A stretch of DNA of 58,186 nucleotides, the filler included, from Barthelona sp. PAP020 (lineage: Eukaryota), in assembly GCA_040182905.1 (NCBI GenBank). It is 5 parts of 5 records of this genome, joined end to end, with 100 filler letters (N's around TTAATTAATTAA, not from the genome) between each part and the next. Parts side by side here need not be neighbours in the genome. Positions count along the whole stretch, not along the records: positions 46,740 to 58,186 come from JARQWU010000373.1; 4 more parts are not named here. One strand, written 5' to 3'. A model generated the notes under the pieces. That model worked only from the letters and a program-made list of their open reading frames with translations, was not told where the DNA came from and did no database searches. Both the position numbers and the translations under genes were made by a program. Of this stretch, positions 52,461-58,186 are shown piece by piece (within the stretch, counting starts at the first letter, position 1; every line of letters starts with the position of its first letter).

Positions 52461-53666
52461 ATGCATCGCTCGAGCAAATCTACGAGATTGGAAGATGAAA
52501 ATCGAAAAAAGCAGATAAATTTACAATATTTGAAGCTTTTTCAAAATGATGAATCAGAAGATGAATTAGATGAATTACAAGAAAACTTGATTCTTAATAA
52601 TACAAATCAATTTAATGATTACGATTATGAAGACACATTGATGAAAACAAATAATGAATTGCAAACTGTTTATGAAGGAAAAATAGAAGACTTAAAATTA
52701 AAGCATAAGAATGAGATAGAACAATTAAAATTAGCCCATGCTTATGAATTTGAACAGTTGAAAGGAAAATTTGAAACTGAGTGTTTGAAAATCGAACAAA
52801 AACACAATTTGAAAAAAAATGAATTAATTGGTGAAATTGAAGGGCTGAAGAGCAAATCGGAGGGAGAACAACTGATGATTAAAGAGTTAACTGCTGAAAG
52901 CAATGAATTCAAGAGAAAAATTGAAAATTTAAATATCGAAATTAGAGATCTTAACAATCAGTCATTAGATTACAAAGGACAAATTACAAAATTGAAAGAA
53001 ACAAACAGAAGATTCATTGAGAACGAAATTGAGATGAAATTGGAATTGGAAGAGTTGGAGTTGCTGAAAACAAAGATACAGACCCTTGAAATAAAGCTAA
53101 AAAGTCTCCAAAATCAAAATTTGAGTTCAAATGAAGAGATTCAAAAGCTTACTGCAAGAGAAATTGAATTACAAGATGAAAATCAAAAAATGAAGTCAAT
53201 GAACACAGAGTTAGAATCAAAATATAAAGATTTGGAAAAACAACTGGCAGAAGTTATTGAACTGAATAAAAAAAATGAAGCAGAGTTGCACAATGTTACA
53301 CATTCATCATCTGATCTTGAAGAAATTGTAAAAGAAAATGATAACTTGTCAGGTGAATTGGAAACATCTTATGCACAGTTGCATCTTGTTTCTGAACAGT
53401 TAAAAGAAACCCAAAAGAATTTGGAAGATTCCAACAATCGGGAAAATATTCTTAATTTGGAAAAGATTCAATTAATTCGTAATTTAGACATTAGTAACGA
53501 AAAAATAACTGATTTGGAATATCAAATTAATGATTTGGAAGATTTAGTAAAAGAAGCAGGCAAAGATTTAAAGAAGGAAAGAGAAAAATATAACGTAATG
53601 TATGAAGATTTCAAAAAATTGTATCATGAATATAATGCATCTTTTGTTGAAGAAGAAATGAATTGA
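52461..53666 (+). CDS. Long coiled-coil protein, unknown function
   Basis: Heptad E/K/L-rich 401-aa ORF. Confidence 0.7.
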   Translation: MHRSSKSTRLEDENRKKQINLQYLKLFQNDESEDELDELQENLILNNTNQFNDYDYEDTLMKTNNELQTVYEGKIEDLKLKHKNEIEQLKLAHAYEFEQLKGKFETECLKIEQKHNLKKNELIGEIEGLKSKSEGEQLMIKELTAESNEFKRKIENLNIEIRDLNNQSLDYKGQITKLKETNRRFIENEIEMKLELEELELLKTKIQTLEIKLKSLQNQNLSSNEEIQKLTAREIELQDENQKMKSMNTELESKYKDLEKQLAEVIELNKKNEAELHNVTHSSSDLEEIVKENDNLSGELETSYAQLHLVSEQLKETQKNLEDSNNRENILNLEKIQLIRNLDISNEKITDLEYQINDLEDLVKEAGKDLKKEREKYNVMYEDFKKLYHEYNASFVEEEMN

Positions 53667-53851
53667 TTTAGACCAGGCAAATTTTCAAATCTAAAATGTA
53701 AATAAAAATTTTCCTTTTTTTTTTTTCACACCTTAATAATATTAATTTGTTTATGAAAGACATTTATATTATTATAATAATTAATAATAAAAGCGGAACA
53801 GAATAAAAAATGAAAATAGAAACCTTGATCTTTTATTTGATATGAAATCAA

Positions 53852-55690
53852 ATGAAAATTAAATTAATACTGTTATTAATATCTGTAATATTATTAAATA
53901 CAGTTAAAAGTGAATGGTTGAAAACAAGTGATAAGAGTATATTATTTATAACTGATTCAAACAGTTTTTCAAATGTTGAATTGATAGGAAGTATTTCTTC
54001 TTCATTAATATTAGAATCTATATGTTCCAAACATCTAATCTATGATTTTGAAAATAATTATATTGATTTAAATTCAACCTATTTAAATGACGATTTTTAT
54101 TTAATAATTATTTTAGGTGATTTAGCTTTTAATGCCGTTGTTGAACAAAAATTTTTGGTCAATGTAAAGAAATATTTAATTAATTATTACAACAACTCTT
54201 TAACAACGGAAATTTTAACTAATAATTATGTGACTAAATCATTAAAAACCACTTTCAGTTGGTCAGATTTATTCTATTTAATTGGAGAATTATTTGTATC
54301 GACGACGAATAATATTATTGTGCTATTAACTGATACATATCAAAATAAGCTATTTTTGCAAGAGTTAATGAATTATTTGGAATATTTTGAGACCACTGAT
54401 TTCTTTGTAAAACCATTCTATTTGACAGATGATAATTTATCTGTTATTTTACAACAACTTGGTTCTTATGATCTTGGAGATGGTTATATTGGAATTATTA
54501 GTCCTTTTATTAACTTAAAGTATGGATATTCTAATTCTATGGTTAAATTATTTAGCAAATATTGTAGATTTCCATTTTTAGCCATTGCAAATGAACAAAT
54601 TTCTGAAGGTGTTCTTGGAGGATCATATATTGAAAAACAAAGCATTTCAAGTTGGATTTCTTATGAGATTTCTTCTAATATTGATAAAAATAGTACTTTG
54701 GAAGCAAAATCCTTCATTGTTGCTAGTAAATTGGTTTTATTTAAAATTGATACCGATTTTGATGACTCTAGAATATCTATCATCTATGATATCGTAATAC
54801 AAGAGTCTTTGAATGTCTTGACCATATTTCTCATATTTATTAGTGTCTTGTTAACAGGATTTTTAATTGGTGGGAATTTCCTTTCAAGAAATAAATACAA
54901 TCGTGCAATAGCTATGGTTAGAGAGATGAGAATGAAAACATTTGAGATATTTACAGCCATTGACCTCCCTATTGTTGTTTCTGACATCGAAACCGAAACC
55001 CTTTTGTTCAGTAACAACTTCTTCGAGAATCGTAATGATGACTACAAATCCGCCGAAGATAAAAGTCCAGCTAATATGCTTCCGTTGATGATAGGTACTA
55101 GTCCTTTGAAACATGAAGACCACACAATGACTTATGAAGACTTGGACATGAATAAAACATCCACCATAAAGATTCGGCACAATTGGTATGAGTGCTCACA
55201 CTACAGACTGATGTGGTTCACTGGAAGACCTGTAATGTTTCGAGTTTATCGGGATATCAGTAAATATACACAGGAAATTGAAGATTTAGTTCAAATAAAA
55301 AATGAATTAAGGTCTTTGGTCAATAACTTCCCATGTGTAGTTTTCTATCTGACCAAACAAGGAAATATTCTCAGGATGAATAAATGTGCAGAAAGTATGT
55401 TTGACAAATTGGAGCCACAATTGTTGGGACGGAATATTTACGATGTTTTGAAACAAAAGTCCAAGTTATTTCCTGATTTTGCTAAGATTGTTTCACTAGT
55501 TGAAGAGTTAGTGTTACTTTCTATCAATTCTTCAAAAAACCAAAGTCGAATTCTTAGTCAACCTTTATTTTTAACTCAAGGTTTGAGTTATTATTCAATT
55601 ACATCTGTTCCAATTAAAGATATGATTCAATCAAGTATTATTGGAGCAATGTTAATATTCAATGATGTATCACAATTTTTCAAAATGTAA
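53852..55690 (+). CDS. Single-pass receptor-like protein: signal peptide, periplasmic-binding-protein-like sensor, TM, two PAS domains, no output domain
   Basis: N-terminal hydrophobic signal; PF.....I..GVLGG motif; TM VLTIFLIFISVLLTGFLIGG; PAS1 (AIDLPIVVSD..TLLFSN...W..GRPV....RDIS); PAS2 (NFPCVVF....GNILRMN..AE.MF....LLGRNI...PI.D...IIGA...NDVS). Confidence 0.7.
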   Translation: MKIKLILLLISVILLNTVKSEWLKTSDKSILFITDSNSFSNVELIGSISSSLILESICSKHLIYDFENNYIDLNSTYLNDDFYLIIILGDLAFNAVVEQKFLVNVKKYLINYYNNSLTTEILTNNYVTKSLKTTFSWSDLFYLIGELFVSTTNNIIVLLTDTYQNKLFLQELMNYLEYFETTDFFVKPFYLTDDNLSVILQQLGSYDLGDGYIGIISPFINLKYGYSNSMVKLFSKYCRFPFLAIANEQISEGVLGGSYIEKQSISSWISYEISSNIDKNSTLEAKSFIVASKLVLFKIDTDFDDSRISIIYDIVIQESLNVLTIFLIFISVLLTGFLIGGNFLSRNKYNRAIAMVREMRMKTFEIFTAIDLPIVVSDIETETLLFSNNFFENRNDDYKSAEDKSPANMLPLMIGTSPLKHEDHTMTYEDLDMNKTSTIKIRHNWYECSHYRLMWFTGRPVMFRVYRDISKYTQEIEDLVQIKNELRSLVNNFPCVVFYLTKQGNILRMNKCAESMFDKLEPQLLGRNIYDVLKQKSKLFPDFAKIVSLVEELVLLSINSSKNQSRILSQPLFLTQGLSYYSITSVPIKDMIQSSIIGAMLIFNDVSQFFKM

Positions 55691-55907
55691 AAATTTTGTT
55701 TTTTTATTGGTTGTTATTTTATTGATCACAGAATAAAATTCAGCATATTATATGATTTAATTCATGGAAATCTTTTTAATAAACAATATTATTGGACAAA
55801 ATAATAAGTACTCTATAAAATTTGTAATTCTTTTACCTTTTTCCCAATGTATTAACTGATTTGTTTTTGGTGGTTAGTTTTTATCTCTTTTTTTTGTTTA
55901 CAATTTT

Positions 55908-56465
55908 ATGGAAATCATTTTGTCTGTTTCAAAAAAATACAGATTAAGACCTTTCAAATTGGAAGATAATTTACAAATTGCTTTTATTGCCAATGATAGA
56001 AGAATTTCAATCAATTTGGCCGATTCTTTTCCTTTTCCATACACCATAGATGATGCAAATTTTTTCATTCAGAATATTGCCAATTCAAATTCTTCAAATG
56101 ATGTTCATTATGTCATTGAAGATACAGAAAATGATATTGTTATGGGTGCAATGGGAATCATGTTCAAAAATCCACCCCGACATCGTGATGCAAGTGTTGG
56201 ATATTGGTTAGGTGTGGAATATTGGGGAAAAGGAATAATTTCTGATTGTTTACCGGCATTTTTATTATTTTGTTTTAATCAAAAAGTTCAAGAACTGAAT
56301 CATATTTCAGCTTGTGTTTTTTCTTGGAATCATAAATCTGCTCATATCTTGGAAAAAAATAGGTTTACTCTTGAAGGGACTATTCGTGGAAACATTTACA
56401 AAGATAATAAAGTTTGTGATGAGCTTTTGTATGGGATAACGAGAGATGAGTTTTTTTCAGGTTGA
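55908..56465 (+). CDS. RimJ/RimL-type GNAT N-acetyltransferase (bacterial-like)
   Basis: LRPF, NL.D.FP.PYT..DA, VGYWLG..YWGKGI, N..S..ILEKN.F.LEG..R..I.KD. Confidence 0.88.
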   Translation: MEIILSVSKKYRLRPFKLEDNLQIAFIANDRRISINLADSFPFPYTIDDANFFIQNIANSNSSNDVHYVIEDTENDIVMGAMGIMFKNPPRHRDASVGYWLGVEYWGKGIISDCLPAFLLFCFNQKVQELNHISACVFSWNHKSAHILEKNRFTLEGTIRGNIYKDNKVCDELLYGITRDEFFSG

Positions 56466-56758
56466 GTTAATTTTGTTCATTATCTGTAAATAATTGAAAT
56501 ATTTTTCTGTTTTTGTTTTTTTTTTTCAATAAATTTGAAAAATTTAAATGAAGAGTAAATGAAAAAGCAAAAAGAGTGAAAACTATTTTTCACATTTTTT
56601 TTTTTTGATGTTGTTGATTGTTTTATGAATTCTTTTTTACATGTTTATGTTTAGTTGTGAGATGATATTAGTGAAAATGTTACAAAATTTGCTTTCTTCA
56701 GAGATTACTGTATATGAATACAAAGCGAATCCTTGATTAAACTTCATAGTTTTTTTAT

Positions 56759-57922
56759 ATGTCGATTTCTATTAACTCTAAGTTTACGATTTATGAACAT
56801 GAGGAATCAGTTTTTACTGTAAGATTTTCACCTGACAGTTCATATTTGGCAACAAGTCAAGCTGATGGATTTATTAATATTTTTCGAGCTATTAATGGTC
56901 GTGAACTTTATTCTTTATATACCAATACTGATTTACCTGTTGTATCGTTAAGATGGCAGCCTGACAATGACAGAATAAAGCACAGGTCATCAAATGTCCT
57001 ATTATCATCTAGTGCTAATGGTGATTTGTCGATTTGGCATGTATCTTCGAGAGACACGATGTTTAATTTTGTTGATAGTGAAAATCAGGTTTTTGCTTTG
57101 GATTATTCCAGTGATGGTTTGAAATTTGCTACAGGAGGAAAGGATCATAAAATCCGTGTTTATGACGCACAATCTAAGCAGTTGGAACAGACATTACACC
57201 GAGGAATTATTGATTCCATGTCCTTGGGCCATTCTAATCGGATATTTTCATTGAAATTTCATCCACAAGATACAAATATGCTTATTTCTGGAGGTTGGGA
57301 TGATGTTGTTTATGTATGGGATTTGAGAACTGGTGAAACAGTAGGTAATTTCTTTGGACCTCATATATGTGGAGATACTATTGATATATCGGGTAACATA
57401 ATTTTAACTGGTTCTTGGAGTCAAAGAAAACAGTTGCAATTGTGGGATTTAAGGAATTTTTCTGAAATAAATGGTTTTACCATTGAAGGAGACAAAAACA
57501 GGTCTTGTAATCTGTATGCTGCCCAATTTTCGAAAGATTTGGCCCAATCATTAATTGCAGTTGGAGGCTCAGGTTATAATGCGATACGAGTGTTTGACCG
57601 TTTAAATAAATTTGAAGAGGTTGATTCATTTCTCTTTGATAGCGCCGTCTTTTCATTGGATTTCTCCAATGATGCTCGTTCTTTGGCAGTAGGTCTAGCG
57701 AATGGCACAGTGAATGTCTATGCTGTGAGGGGATTGTTTGACAGCATGTATCAGAGGGAAATTCCTCTTAGTGCAGGATTAGGAACTCAACCAATAATGA
57801 AAACTGGTATTTCTTCTTCAGATTCTGTAAAAAGTGATAAAACTGAAGATCAATCTGTTTTTATTTCAGATTCAACTGGGTCCAAAAGTCCTGGGGGCAT
57901 TAAATGGGATGGTATTGTTTAA
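56759..57922 (+). CDS. WD40-repeat protein (conserved protist type, not the CWDL family)
   Basis: FATGGKDHKIRVYD, GHSNRIFSLKFHP, SGGWD, GPHICGD, LTGSW, LQLWD. Confidence 0.88.
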   Translation: MSISINSKFTIYEHEESVFTVRFSPDSSYLATSQADGFINIFRAINGRELYSLYTNTDLPVVSLRWQPDNDRIKHRSSNVLLSSSANGDLSIWHVSSRDTMFNFVDSENQVFALDYSSDGLKFATGGKDHKIRVYDAQSKQLEQTLHRGIIDSMSLGHSNRIFSLKFHPQDTNMLISGGWDDVVYVWDLRTGETVGNFFGPHICGDTIDISGNIILTGSWSQRKQLQLWDLRNFSEINGFTIEGDKNRSCNLYAAQFSKDLAQSLIAVGGSGYNAIRVFDRLNKFEEVDSFLFDSAVFSLDFSNDARSLAVGLANGTVNVYAVRGLFDSMYQREIPLSAGLGTQPIMKTGISSSDSVKSDKTEDQSVFISDSTGSKSPGGIKWDGIV

Positions 57923-58186
57923 TTCTTTTTTAAATTTTTTTTTTTTAAATATATTTTTTTTTTTTTTTTTTTTTTTTCAAATCAAAAACATGGTGTGTAA
58001 GAGTGAATAAACAAGAATAATGTTTATTAGATATTTATGAGGTATGAGTTGTTCAGTGAACAACGAAAAGAGTTAGCTTAAGGTTTGGGGAAAACTCACG
58101 TGGATTCAGATGCCCAAGTAACTTAAAAAATTGGACCTAAAGATGGTCAAGAAACAACAAATAAAGGGAGTGATATTTGATGACCT

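Noticed and set aside
1245..55180. Numerous 60-160 aa ORFs nested in or antisense to long genes
   Set aside because: Shadow ORFs of real coding sequences with no independent motifs
1..58186. Alternative genetic code, tRNA/rRNA genes, CRISPR arrays, transposase or reverse transcriptase ORFs
   Set aside because: Conserved proteins read through intact under the standard code with all three stops used; none of these features is visible

Overview
AT-rich, gene-dense, almost intronless eukaryotic DNA using the standard genetic code (TAA, TAG and TGA all end ORFs). The window is five unrelated contigs of about 11.5 kb joined by artificial N44-TTAATTAATTAA-N44 linkers, so adjacency across linkers is meaningless. 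Gene content suggests an anaerobic flagellated protist, probably a metamonad (inference). Recognisable genes: MCM8, MRE11, an M1AP-like protein, Timeless/Tof1, kinesin, VPS11, UFD1, YJU2, FKBP, Mo25, TatD, ABCE1, RPP21, CLPTM1, TPI, iPGM and an MMS19 fragment. Several genes look bacterial: a flavodoxin-ferredoxin, a SatP/YaaH acetate channel carrying a 40-nt intron, a RimJ-type GNAT and an output-less PAS receptor. Strongest unexplained signals: (1) an unannotated box C/D snoRNA whose D' guide is antisense to the sarcin-ricin loop and by the +5 rule targets the alpha-sarcin cleavage nucleotide; (2) an expanded beta-propeller family with a conserved, unrecognised C-terminal 'CWDLxDxNxxNGGN' domain; (3) an ACC(C)TGCA motif upstream of the three recombination genes MCM8, MRE11 and M1AP; (4) a dispersed repeat of about 140 bp near contig ends. 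All identifications are by eye from motifs, with no database searches.
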